Of a stretch of 64,000 nucleotides of DNA, positions 18,107 to 27,670 are shown in pieces. The DNA is from Myxococcales bacterium (GTDB lineage Bacteria; Myxococcota_A; UBA9042; JABWCM01; BTVJ01), in contig BTVJ01000035.1 in NCBI GenBank assembly GCA_045863395.1, forward strand, positions 11,516 through 75,515. The letters run 5' to 3'. The notes under the pieces were generated by a model, which made no database searches, was not told where the DNA came from, and saw only the letters and a list, made by a program, of their open reading frames with translations. The first letter of the stretch is position 1. Every line of letters begins with the position of its first letter. The position numbers were made by a program, and so were the translations under genes.

Positions 18107-19057
18107 TCACGCGCCTGGGGGGCGGAGGCCGTGCCGGAACCAGCGGAGGCCCAGCGCGAGGGGGGCCGCCCCGAACAGCGCAGCCGCCGTCAGCGTGGAG
18201 CCGTCCGCGGCCGTCGTACCCTCCGAGAGCCCGACAATCGCTCCCAGCAGCACCAGGCCGCCGGCGCTGGCGAGGACCGAGCCTGCGAGGAGGCGGGCCC
18301 AGCCGCCGGCGCCTCGCTCCGTGGGTGGGGGAGCCGGGACGGAGACGCCCAGGGCCAGCGCCTGGTCTGCGCGGAAGGAGCGGGTCACGCGCAGGGCCCA
18401 GCGTCCCTCGGCGATGAGGACAGTGAGGGTCGCCAGCGCCAGGGCGCCGGTCATGCCGGAGGAAGCGCCGCCGGTGGCCTCGAGGGCGCGGAGGGTGAGC
18501 AGCGGCCAGTCGTAGAGCCCGTGCAGGAGCACCGGCCACGCCCACGCGGCGAGCAGGAGCGTGGAGCGTCGGGCCGAGTCGAAGCGCGCGCGCCCCACGA
18601 ACGCGCCCATGATCGCGCCCAGGAACGCGTGGCCCGGGACCGCGGTGAGGGCCCGCAGGATCGCCACCGCCGTGCCGCCGTCCGCCACGTAGAGCACGTT
18701 CTCCAGCGTGGCGAAGCCCAAGGAGGCCACGACCCCATACACGATACCGTCCATGGGTTCGTCGAAGGCCCTTCGGCGGGCAGCGAAGCCCCACACGACC
18801 AGGAGCTTGAAGCTCTCCTCGGGGATGGCTGCGACCAGGAAGGCCTCTGCAGCGCCGCTGACCCACGGGCTCTCGCTGCCGCCGACGAGGTGGGCGACAG
18901 GCAACGCCACCGCAAGCACCGGGATCACGATGACGATCCCGAGGGCGAAGGTGGCCCAGACCGTGCCCCCCGGCTCAGGGGAGAGATCCCGGGAGCGGAA
19001 GTACCCCATGATCAGCAGCGATGGCAGGACCGCCGAGGCCACGAGCACCGGGGTCAT
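18107..19057 (-). CDS. prsW: PrsW-family intramembrane glutamic protease
   Basis: AIPEESFK, FDEPMDGIVYG, GFATLEN, RALTAVPGHA, HGLYD motifs. Confidence 0.9.
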   Translation of the reverse strand: MTPVLVASAVLPSLLIMGYFRSRDLSPEPGGTVWATFALGIVIVIPVLAVALPVAHLVGGSESPWVSGAAEAFLVAAIPEESFKLLVVWGFAARRRAFDEPMDGIVYGVVASLGFATLENVLYVADGGTAVAILRALTAVPGHAFLGAIMGAFVGRARFDSARRSTLLLAAWAWPVLLHGLYDWPLLTLRALEATGGASSGMTGALALATLTVLIAEGRWALRVTRSFRADQALALGVSVPAPPPTERGAGGWARLLAGSVLASAGGLVLLGAIVGLSEGTTAADGSTLTAAALFGAAPLALGLRWFRHGLRPPGA

Positions 19058-19227
19058 CGGGCACCTGGTGGGGCGTCGCGGTGAGCGAGCTGGCTTCGGG
19101 GCGCGAGCATGGCGGGAGCATACGCGAGGCGGAGCGCGGTGGCCACCGCGTCGTGTCCCGCGCCTTGACAGGGTCCGGCGCCGGGCACCACAATGACCAG
19201 CCTCAGGGTGAGGAGGTAGGTCGCGTC

Positions 19228-20503
19228 GTGTCGGGATCCAGCGTTCGTGGGCGCGCCCTGCGGGTAGGTCACGTCCTGCGCAAGTGCAACCCCGACGAGT
19301 GGGGTGGGACCGAGTCGGCGTTGCTGCGCCTGTGCGATGGCCTCTCACCTCGCGATGTCCAGTCGATCATCTACTGTCCTCGTCTGAGGGAGCCCACAGC
19401 GCGGGACCCGTTCACTGACGCGGGCCACACGGTGCGACGGTTCCACTCCGTCCTGCCCGTGTGGGGGATCTCGGAAGAGCAGCGGGAGCGGGCCATCTCG
19501 GTGGGCGGGAACCTCCTCTCCGCGGAGCTTCCCTGGCAGCTCGTGCGGGAGCCGGGCCTCGACCTCGTGCACGCGCACACCGGCAACCGCTTGGGAGCGT
19601 CCGCGTGGCGGGCGGCCCAGGTGCGGCGCATCCCCTTCGTGATGACCATCCATGGCGGTCTCCTCGACCTGTCCGACGCGGCGCGTGACGGGTTCAAGGA
19701 GCCGCTGCGGGGGGGGGATCGAGTGGGGGCGGGCGTTCGGCATGGTGCTCGGGTCACGGCAGCTCGTGTCCAAAGCCGACCTGGTGATCACGGTCAACCG
19801 CACCGAGGCGGCGCTTCTGGCCCGAGACTACCCGGATCTGGCGGTGGAGGTGATCCCCCACGGGATCCCCCTTCACCAGTACCGTGCGGACTGCCGGGCG
19901 GCGGCGCTGGCGGCGTACCCGGCCTTGCGCGATGCGCCAGTCGTGCTGGTGGCGGGACGCCTCGACAAGCCGAAGAACCAGGCATGGGTCGTCGAGCACT
20001 GGCCCGCCATCCGAAACCGCCACCCGGGGGCGCTGCTGGTCCTGGCCGGGCCGGTGACCGACACGGCCTACGGGGCGCGGGTGGAGCGCTTGATCCACGA
20101 GCTGGGTCTCGACGGCAGCGTCCTCCTGACCGGCGGGCTGCCGCAGGCGGATCCGCGGCTCATCGGGCTCTTCCAGCTCGCGCGCGTGGTGGTCCTGCCC
20201 TCGCTCAGCGAGACCTTCGGTCTCGTGCTCATCGAGGCCTGGGCTGCGGGGACGACCGTGATCTCTACACGGACCTCTGGGGCGCGGGAGATCGTCAGAG
20301 ACGGGGAGGACGGGCTCCTCTACGACCTGACGGAGCCAGGTGGCTTCCACCGGGCCGTGGACGTGCTGCTCCACGACGAGGGCCTGCGCGTGCGGCTGGC
20401 TGAGGCCGGGCGCCGCCACGCGGAGGCGGTCTACGACGAGCGTGCGGTCGCCGACCGCATGAGGGCCGTCTACGAGCGGCTCGCGAGCGGAGCGCCGCGA
20501 TGA
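19228..20503 (+). pseudogene. GT4 (GT-B) glycosyltransferase interrupted by a +1 frameshift in a G9 tract at 19709-19717
   Basis: N-half (WGGTE, LVHAH, TIHGG) and C-half (GRLDKPKNQ, PSLSETFGLVLIEAWAAG) are in different frames. Removing one G gives the continuous EPLRGGIEWGRAFG. Confidence 0.85.
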
Positions 20504-21315
20504 CCCGGTGGGTCGTGGTGCGCGACGACGACGCCAACGCCTTCACCCCGCCAGCGTGCCTGGAGCTGCTGTATGGTCCGGCGCTCCAGGCCGGCACGCC
20601 CGTCAGCCTCGCGGTCATCCCGGCGGTCACGACGGGCGCGGTCACCGCCAGCGGGGCGCCCGAGGGCTTCCTCTGGGGGCACGAGGGGGTCGCGCGGCTG
20701 GCCCCTATGGGCGAGGCGGTCGAGCTCGTCGGGTGGCTTCGGGAGCGACCGCTGGTGGAGGTCGTCCAACACGGCTACTGCCACGAGCCCTTCGAGCTGG
20801 ACAGCCGGGACCGAGCGGACGTCGCGCGGCGCCTCGACGCGGGGGGGCACGCGCTGCGTGAGGCTGGCCTGACGCCGAGCCCCGCGTTCGTGGCGCCCTA
20901 TGATCGGCTCTCCCGGGTGGCCTTCGAGGAGGTCGGGCGCCGCTTCGCCCTCGTCTCCACCGGTTGGTTCGAGGCAGGTCGGGTGCCCGCCGCGTGGTGG
21001 CCCGCCTACCTGCGCATGCGCGTCGCGCGCCGGGCGCACTGGCGGACGGGGGGCGTGACCCTCCTGTCCCACCCGGGGTGTCTCCTGTCCCGCGACCGCC
21101 CCACCGCGGGCATGATGGACTCCGTACGGGCCGCGGTGCGGGCGCGGCGGCTCACGGTGCTCGTGACCCACTGGTGGGAGTACTTCCGGGATGGGGAGCC
21201 GGACCAGGGGCTGGTCGCGACGCTCCACGAGGCGCTGGACTGGCTCGCCCGGGAGCCCGACGTCCGGGTCGTCTCGTTTGGCGAGGTCGCGGCCGGGCGC
21301 GTGCCTCTGGATTGA
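20500..21315 (+). CDS. DUF2334 / polysaccharide deacetylase-like protein
   Basis: VVRDDD, SLAVIP, QHGYCH, FVAPYD, THWWE; ATGA overlap with the GT gene. Confidence 0.78.
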   Translation: MTRWVVVRDDDANAFTPPACLELLYGPALQAGTPVSLAVIPAVTTGAVTASGAPEGFLWGHEGVARLAPMGEAVELVGWLRERPLVEVVQHGYCHEPFELDSRDRADVARRLDAGGHALREAGLTPSPAFVAPYDRLSRVAFEEVGRRFALVSTGWFEAGRVPAAWWPAYLRMRVARRAHWRTGGVTLLSHPGCLLSRDRPTAGMMDSVRAAVRARRLTVLVTHWWEYFRDGEPDQGLVATLHEALDWLAREPDVRVVSFGEVAAGRVPLD

Positions 21316-21346
21316 GCAGGAGCGCTGGAAGGGGCGGAGGTGAGCG

Positions 21347-22105
21347 ATGCACGTGGCGGTGACGGGGGCGTCGAGCGGCATTGGGGAGGCGCTCGCCCGC
21401 GAGTGGGGGAGGGCGGGGGCGAGGGTCACCCTGGTTGCGCGGCGCCGGGAGCTGATGGAGCGCCTGGCTGCGGAGGTGGGGAGCGCCCTCGTGCTCCCCG
21501 TCGACCTGTCCGATCCGGCGGCGAGCACCGCCTGGATCGCCGAGGCGGAGGCCGCGCACGGGCCCATCGACGTCCTCGTAAACAACGCCGGCGTGCAGGA
21601 CGTGGGAGCCTTCGCCCGGAGCGACCCGGAGTCCACCGACCGCCTGATCGCGCTGGATCTGGCGACCCCGCTGCGCCTGGTCCGCGCCGTCCTCCCGGCC
21701 ATGCTCGGGCGGCGGGCGGGCACCATCGTCAACGTGTCGTCGCTGGCGGCCATCGTCCCGACGCCGGGCATGGTGGCCTATGACGCCGCCAAGGCGGGGC
21801 TCGCAGCGGCGTCCGAGGCGCTGCGGTGGGAGGTGCGGGGGACGGGGGTCAACGTGCTGACCGTCTACCCCGGGCCCGTGGAGACTGCCATGGCCCGCCA
21901 CGCGGTGGGGGTCTACGAGCAGGCCGGGGCGGGGGTCGCCGCCCGGATGCCCGCGGGGACCACGGACGTGCTGGCGAGGCGGGTGGTGCGGGCGGTGGAG
22001 CGGCGGAGCGCGCGCGTCATCTACCCGCGCATCTACTGGCTCTCGGCGCTGTTCCCGGGGGTGGCTCGGAGCATCACCGGGGCGCTGGCGCCCCGGCTCG
22101 GCTGA
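21347..22105 (+). CDS. SDR family oxidoreductase
   Basis: TGASSGIG, NNAG, YDAAK. Confidence 0.92.
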   Translation: MHVAVTGASSGIGEALAREWGRAGARVTLVARRRELMERLAAEVGSALVLPVDLSDPAASTAWIAEAEAAHGPIDVLVNNAGVQDVGAFARSDPESTDRLIALDLATPLRLVRAVLPAMLGRRAGTIVNVSSLAAIVPTPGMVAYDAAKAGLAAASEALRWEVRGTGVNVLTVYPGPVETAMARHAVGVYEQAGAGVAARMPAGTTDVLARRVVRAVERRSARVIYPRIYWLSALFPGVARSITGALAPRLG

Positions 22106-22107
22106 GA

Positions 22108-24117
22108 TCACAGGATGGTGAGCGGCAGGTCGGCGGGGTAGCTCGGCAGCCCCACCTCGGCGGCGGTCGCCGAGCGGAGCTTCCAGCCATAGTTGATGCC
22201 GGACGCACCGTCGCAGGCCGGGTTGTCGATGCTCGCTGCCTCGAAGCTGGAGAGCGGTACGGTGCCGTTCGGGTTGTCCCCATCGGGGAGCATGATGGAG
22301 TCGAACGACGCGGAGTACGTGACCCACTTCGCGTAGATCGGGGGGGCGCCGCTCCAGCCGGAGTTCAGGTACGCGGTGCCGCTACAGCCCTCCGAGGTGT
22401 AGTAGATCTGGTCGGCGAACATGGTGCCGTCCCACGCCAGGGCGACCACATGCCCCGTCGCCGTGACGATGCTCACGCCGCCCATGCCCACCTCCATGAC
22501 CGTGCCCAGCGTGTTGCCAGCGCCGTCGAAGAGGCGCGTGCCGGTACCAGCCGGTCCCGGCGGGCCCTGGGCGCCCTCGGGGCCAGCGGGGCCCTCGGGC
22601 CCCATGGGGCCGGAGTCGCCTGGGTCACCCTGCGGTCCCGGCGGGCCGGCCACTCCGGGCGGGCCCTGGGGTCCCGGCGGGCCGTCGAGACCCGCGGGCC
22701 CCACGTCGCCCTGGTCGCCCTTGGGGCCGGCGATGCCCTGCGGTCCGGCGGGTCCGGCGGGGCCTGCGACTCCTTGCGGGCCGGGCGCGCCGTCGAGGAC
22801 CACTGCGGTCGAGCCGTCGGTGCAGGCGATGGTGGTCACGCCCGCCAGCGTCGCGACGGTGCAGGAGACGCCGTCTGCGCCGGCCGGGCCCGGCGGCCCC
22901 TGCATCCCCTGCGCGCCCTGCTCACCCTGTTCGCCGCGCGGCCCCATGGGCCCCATGGTGCCCATGGGTCCGGGTGCTCCCTGGGGACCGACCGGACCCT
23001 GCGGCCCGTGGAGGCCCTGGGCACCCATGGGTCCCTCGGGTCCCGGCGGTCCTGCCTCGCCCTGCGGTCCGGGCGGTCCGGCCTCGCCCTGCAGTCCGCC
23101 TGGACCCTGTGGCCCGGCCTCACCCATGGGACCTTGGGGCCCGATGTCGCCCTTCGGTCCCTGGGCGCCCGTCTCTCCTTGGGGGCCTGCCGGTCCCTGC
23201 GGTCCCGCCTCGCCGGCCTCTCCGGGCGGCCCGGACTCCCCCTGCGGTCCCTGCGGACCCGCCGCGCCTGCGTCCCCCTTGGGTCCCTGCGGTCCCGCCT
23301 CGCCCTGGGGGCCCGACGCGCCGATGGCGCCGTCGTGCACGTAGGCGTAGCTGCCGTCGGTGCAGGCGATGAGCTTCACGCCCTCGCCGGTGTCGGTGAT
23401 GGAGCAGGAGCTGCCGTCCTTGCCCGGGGCGCCGTCGCTCCCCGGGGCGCCATCCTTGCCGGCAGCGGAGAAGGTCGAGCAGTCCCAGCCGTGGTCGGTC
23501 CAGGTTGGGACCTGCCCCGTCAGGCAGCTCAGGCCCGCCAGGGTGTCGCTGTCCTTGGCGAGGGACGGCGGGACGTCGCTCAGGTCCTTGAAGGACCCTG
23601 AGAAGGTGCTGTAGCCCAGCTTGTCTAGGGCCGGCTTCAGGGCGTCGCTGGTCACGTAGTCTGCCGCGTCCCGGTCGCCGAGGCGTGCGGCGGTCTCCGC
23701 GATCTCCGCCCGCCGGGCCTGGAAGGAGAATGGCACCGCGCCGAGCGGCTGCCGGGGCGTCATCTCTCCGCCGCCGTTCACCTCCACGCCGATGACGGAG
23801 CCCTCGGTCAGCAGGTCCGGGTCGAGGTTTTCCAGTGACCCGAGCGCTGCGTGAAACTCTCCGTGAGCGATGCTGATCGCGGGGTGGGTCTCGGTCCAGA
23901 CGGGCTGGGTGTCAGCCGCCGAGTCATACAGCCGGAAGGTGAGTGAAACAGCGCCGCTCGGGCAATTCGATGCCGCGTCGGGGCAGTGCACGGGCTTCCC
24001 CGTCTGGTCGGTCAGCGTCCCCCGAAACGGCATCTCCGCCGGGATGGCCGCGCTCGCCGCCGGGGAGGCGAGCCCCACCGCCGCGAGCCACATCATACGC
24101 CTGGTGATCGGCTTCAT
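22108..24117 (-). CDS. Secreted collagen-like fibre protein
   Basis: Signal peptide; about 50 and about 27 uninterrupted G-X-Y triplets separated by Cys-containing CTDGS motifs; globular N- and C-terminal domains. Confidence 0.88.
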   Translation of the reverse strand: MKPITRRMMWLAAVGLASPAASAAIPAEMPFRGTLTDQTGKPVHCPDAASNCPSGAVSLTFRLYDSAADTQPVWTETHPAISIAHGEFHAALGSLENLDPDLLTEGSVIGVEVNGGGEMTPRQPLGAVPFSFQARRAEIAETAARLGDRDAADYVTSDALKPALDKLGYSTFSGSFKDLSDVPPSLAKDSDTLAGLSCLTGQVPTWTDHGWDCSTFSAAGKDGAPGSDGAPGKDGSSCSITDTGEGVKLIACTDGSYAYVHDGAIGASGPQGEAGPQGPKGDAGAAGPQGPQGESGPPGEAGEAGPQGPAGPQGETGAQGPKGDIGPQGPMGEAGPQGPGGLQGEAGPPGPQGEAGPPGPEGPMGAQGLHGPQGPVGPQGAPGPMGTMGPMGPRGEQGEQGAQGMQGPPGPAGADGVSCTVATLAGVTTIACTDGSTAVVLDGAPGPQGVAGPAGPAGPQGIAGPKGDQGDVGPAGLDGPPGPQGPPGVAGPPGPQGDPGDSGPMGPEGPAGPEGAQGPPGPAGTGTRLFDGAGNTLGTVMEVGMGGVSIVTATGHVVALAWDGTMFADQIYYTSEGCSGTAYLNSGWSGAPPIYAKWVTYSASFDSIMLPDGDNPNGTVPLSSFEAASIDNPACDGASGINYGWKLRSATAAEVGLPSYPADLPLTIL

Positions 24118-24512
24118 TGCTCTCCTCCTGCGGGTGTTCCCATGTGAAGCGTGAAGGTGCCGTCCGTCGCCGAGGGCCCGGCGAGCGGGCTCAGCGTCTG
24201 CGCGATGGCCGCGCCGGACGGGTCGGAAGCAGACAGGTGGCCGCCCTCCGGGGTGAAGGCGGCGAGGCGATACGTGCACCCTTGGGCGCAGTCCGCGAAC
24301 GGACCCGGGGGCGTCGTGGTGTTCTCGCCCGGCGAGCCCGTGGAGCCGGGAGACTCGCCCGGCGTCCCGGGCGTCGGGTCCGCCCCTGGCTCTCCGGCGT
24401 CGTCCAGAGGGGTGTGCTCGGCCGTGTCACCGGCGAGCGGGTCGCCGGGGCCTGCGTCTCCGCAGCCGTGGGCGAGCGCGCCGAGCAGCAGGATGACAAT
24501 GACCCGCTTCAT
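24114..24512 (-). CDS. Small lipoprotein translationally coupled to the collagen-like gene
   Basis: [17 protein letters not shown] lipobox; AGGAGG RBS; ATGA overlap at 24114-24117. Confidence 0.7.
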   Translation of the reverse strand: MKRVIVILLLGALAHGCGDAGPGDPLAGDTAEHTPLDDAGEPGADPTPGTPGESPGSTGSPGENTTTPPGPFADCAQGCTYRLAAFTPEGGHLSASDPSGAAIAQTLSPLAGPSATDGTFTLHMGTPAGGEQ

Positions 24513-24681
24513 CGGGCCCTCCTGTGGTGAGTGGGATGAGACTCCCCCGCTGGCGGGGGCGCCGAGGCAACGATCCAATCGCCGCGCGGGGCACTTGATC
24601 GGCGTCTGCGTCGCGGGACTGAAGGGGAATGTGCGGGGCGGGCGAGGGGCGCGTCGCCGGTCGGGCCCGAGTCCCTGGAGC

Positions 24682-25143
24682 CTACGCGGAGGTGTTCGAG
24701 GGGAGCGGCCCGGCGAGGGCCAGGACGTTGCCATCCGGGTCGGCGAAGTACGCCACCTCGTCCCCCCAGGGGCGCGGCGCGCGGGCGGAGAGCAGGCGCC
24801 CGCCCGCGGACGTCACCCGCTCGACGGTGGTGCCCAGGTCGTCGCACTGGAGGTACACCTCGGTGGCGGTGATCGCCCCAACCGCGGGCGCGGCGGGGAC
24901 CAGGCCCACGTTCCGTGCGAAGCCCTCGCGCTGGTAGAGGCCGAAGCGCTGGCCACCGGGGAGCGCGAGCTCCACGTACACAGGCACCTCGACCGCCGCG
25001 GGCCAGCCGAAGGCTTCACCATAGAAGCGACTCGCGCGGGCAAGGTCCGCCACCGCGAGGATGGTGAGGACATGGCGGGGCGCCGGTGGAGCGCCCACAT
25101 CGCCCTGCCGGGTGGAGCCGTGGTCGTGCGCGTCGTGGGTCAT
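24682..25143 (-). CDS. VOC/glyoxalase family protein
   Basis: LAVADLARASRFY..AFGW; RPWGDEVAYFADPDGNVL. Confidence 0.9.
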   Translation of the reverse strand: MTHDAHDHGSTRQGDVGAPPAPRHVLTILAVADLARASRFYGEAFGWPAAVEVPVYVELALPGGQRFGLYQREGFARNVGLVPAAPAVGAITATEVYLQCDDLGTTVERVTSAGGRLLSARAPRPWGDEVAYFADPDGNVLALAGPLPSNTSA

Positions 25144-25200
25144 GGTCCTCCGCTCTGCGGGGCGACTCCCCGTTGGGGGGCGGTCAATATGGGGGGACGC

Positions 25201-25671
25201 TCACACCGCCACGTCGACGAGCGTCGCCGCGAGGAGGCGCTGGATCTCCCCGGGTGGGAGGCTCACCAGGAAGCCCCGCTTGCCGCCGTTGACGTAGACC
25301 AGGGGCACGTCGAGCGCGGTCTGCTGCATGTAGAAGGGCATGGCCGTCCGCTGGCCGAAGGGGCTGATGCCGCCTACCTGGTAGCCCGTGAGCTGCTCGG
25401 CGCGCTTCGGATCGCACGGGACGACGAGCTTGACGCCCAGCAGGCGTGCCATGGACTTTGTGCTGACCTCATGGGTGCCGTCCATCAGGACCACGAGGGG
25501 CGCCTTCTTCTCAGTCTCGAAGATCAGCGTCTTGAGGACGATGGCCGGGTCGACTCCAAGCACGTCGGCGCTGGCCTTGGCGCCCTTCTTCTCCCAGCGG
25601 AAGACGTGGCCCTCGTAGGTGACCCCCTGCTCCCGCAGGAAGCGCACCGCCATGGTGGTCGGCGTCTCCAT
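25201..25671 (-). CDS. ybaK: YbaK/EbsC aminoacyl-tRNA deacylase
   Basis: VLKTLIF; AEQLTGYQVGGISPFG; VNGGKRG. Confidence 0.9.
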   Translation of the reverse strand: METPTTMAVRFLREQGVTYEGHVFRWEKKGAKASADVLGVDPAIVLKTLIFETEKKAPLVVLMDGTHEVSTKSMARLLGVKLVVPCDPKRAEQLTGYQVGGISPFGQRTAMPFYMQQTALDVPLVYVNGGKRGFLVSLPPGEIQRLLAATLVDVAV

Positions 25672-25712
25672 GGTCTCCTCCGTGCCCGCGTCAGCCCGCC
25701 CTGCGGGTCGGG

Positions 25713-25741
25713 ACCGTAGCCCCGAAGCGCGGCGGCGTCAA
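25713..25741 (-). promoter_or_regulatory. Sigma70-type promoter for ybaK-VOC
   Basis: Minus strand TTGACG-17 nt-TACGGT. Confidence 0.6.
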
Positions 25742-25924
25742 TGGTCCGCGCGCCGAGCCTGCCCGCTTGGCTGATCGTGCGCCCCGAGGTGGTCGGCGGG
25801 GTCGCGTTGTGCCGAGAGTGGGCGCTGTGCCTGGAACACGAGATCGGGGCGCTGGAGGACGCCAGCAGGGAGAGCCTGAGCGGTGGGCGAGGTCAAGGTC
25901 GTCGCTGCGCCTCGCGCCCCCGGC

Positions 25925-26776
25925 TCACCCCCAGTCCGTGCCGGTCCACTCCACGCTGCGGCGCCAGAGCTCGGCGGCCAGCTCCGGGGTGGCGTGGCGG
26001 GAGGGGCGCTTCTCGCGGCTCCTGTCGTAGTAGCGGCCGCTGTGGTCTGCCACCTCCGGGCTCGTCGCGCAGTAGAGGGTCGTCTGGGCGCCCTCCTCGT
26101 TGGTGACCATGAAGAGCGTCACGAGCTTGCGCAGCGGCCAGGGCACGCGGCGCCAGATGTCCGAGGCGACGACCCCCGGGTGGAGCGCGTATGCCCCCAG
26201 CCTCCCCGCCGTGCGCCGCGCCAGCTCCTGCGTGAACAGCACGTTGGCGAGCTTGGAGACGCAGTACTCGTGGAAGCCCGCCATCGTCGCCGTCGGGCGC
26301 CGGACCGCGTCGAAGTCGATGGTCGTCGGGCGGTAGTGGCCGCGGCTCGCCACGGTGACGACGCGGGGCGCCGGCGAAGCGAGCAGGGCAGGGCGCAGCA
26401 GGCAGGTCAGCGCGAAGTGCCCGATGTGGTTGGTGCCGAACTGGAGCTCGAAGCCGTCCGCCGTCGCGCCCCGGTGGCCGGCTACACCGGCGTTGTTGAC
26501 GAGCAGGTCGAGGCGGTCGTGCTGCTCGTAGAAGGCCGTCGCGCACCGCCGCACGGACTCCAGGGAGCCCAGGTCGAGCTCCAGGAGGTCCACCCGCGGG
26601 TTGCCGGTCTTCTCCCGGAGCTCCTCCACCACCGGGGCGGTCTTCTCGCGGGAGCGGCAGGCCAGCAACACGCGCGCCCCGCCTCCGGCCAGCTCCAGGG
26701 CGGTGTGGCGGCCGATGCCGGTGTTGGCGCCGGTCACGAGGCAGACCGCGTCGGAGACGTTGGCGTGAAGGGTCAT
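25925..26776 (-). CDS. SDR oxidoreductase (retinol dehydrogenase/WWOX-like)
   Basis: TGANTGIG, DGFELQFGTNHIGHF, YCVSKLAN, HPGVV. Confidence 0.92.
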   Translation of the reverse strand: MTLHANVSDAVCLVTGANTGIGRHTALELAGGGARVLLACRSREKTAPVVEELREKTGNPRVDLLELDLGSLESVRRCATAFYEQHDRLDLLVNNAGVAGHRGATADGFELQFGTNHIGHFALTCLLRPALLASPAPRVVTVASRGHYRPTTIDFDAVRRPTATMAGFHEYCVSKLANVLFTQELARRTAGRLGAYALHPGVVASDIWRRVPWPLRKLVTLFMVTNEEGAQTTLYCATSPEVADHSGRYYDRSREKRPSRHATPELAAELWRRSVEWTGTDWG

Positions 26777-26866
26777 GGGTGGGCTCCTTGGCGTCATTCG
26801 AGAGGCAGGCGCCAGCCGGGCGTCGCCGATGTGTATGGGCAGCTCCGCAGCTTGCCCCAGGGAGGC

Positions 26867-27670
26867 TCACCCCCCGATCTGTCGCACCGCCCGCACGGGC
26901 ACCCAGCCCTCGAGGCCGTTGGACAGCTCGATGCGGGTCCACTCCGGGTCCGCGGTGTCCACGATGCGCACCTCGAGGCCCTCGGGGATGGCGTGGGCGG
27001 CGGCGTCCGGGTGGCGGCCCTCCTTGAGCTCCGCGTCCTTGGCGACCACGACCCCGAGCCGCGTGCGCGCCGTGACCGAGAGGTTGCCGACCCAGAGGGT
27101 GCCCGTCACGAGCACGATGATCGCAAGCGCGACGGCCGCCCAGCCCAGGCCGGGCGTGGTGCGGAGGCGCCGCGCCGCCAGCAGGCCGAACAGGGTGATC
27201 CAGGCGGCGACGAAGGCCCACTGCACCCCGCTCGCCGGGAGCAGCGTGAAGAAGGTGTAGGACGCCCCATGGGACTCGTCGAAGACGAACTGCCCCTTGG
27301 CCTCCTTGCGGTAGCGCTCCGTCAGCGCGGCGCGGGCGAGGCCCAGGTTGGCGCGGGCGTCAGTCTCCACCGCTTCGACCGGGTCCAGGGCGAGGGCGCG
27401 CTTGTACCAGTAGACCGCCTCGCCGAGGCGATCCAGCTTGAAGGCTGCGTTGCCGAGGTTGTACGCGAGGGCCGGGTCGTCCACTCCGAAGCCGTCCACG
27501 ATGCGCTGCCAGCCGTCGAGGGCGTCCCGGTAGCGCTCCTGGAAGTACGCCTGGTTGGACTGCTCGAACAGCTCGTCGATGGTCTCGCCCCGCGCCGGGC
27601 CCGCCAGCGCCAGCCAGACCAGCACGGCGCAGACGAAGGCGGGCCGCCTCGACCGACGCTCAGGCCGCAT
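26867..27670 (-). CDS. batE: BatE-like TPR + TM + SH3 protein
   Basis: YNLGNAAFK..LGEAVYWYKRAL; C-terminal IPEGLEVRI...WTRIELSNGLEGWV; last gene of the bat cluster. Confidence 0.8.
   Translation of the reverse strand: MRPERRSRRPAFVCAVLVWLALAGPARGETIDELFEQSNQAYFQERYRDALDGWQRIVDGFGVDDPALAYNLGNAAFKLDRLGEAVYWYKRALALDPVEAVETDARANLGLARAALTERYRKEAKGQFVFDESHGASYTFFTLLPASGVQWAFVAAWITLFGLLAARRLRTTPGLGWAAVALAIIVLVTGTLWVGNLSVTARTRLGVVVAKDAELKEGRHPDAAAHAIPEGLEVRIVDTADPEWTRIELSNGLEGWVPVRAVRQIGG

Noticed and set aside
25741..25924. Short + strand ORF MVRAPSLPAW...
   Set aside because: No RBS or motif; it begins at the ybaK -35 box and runs into the SDR gene.
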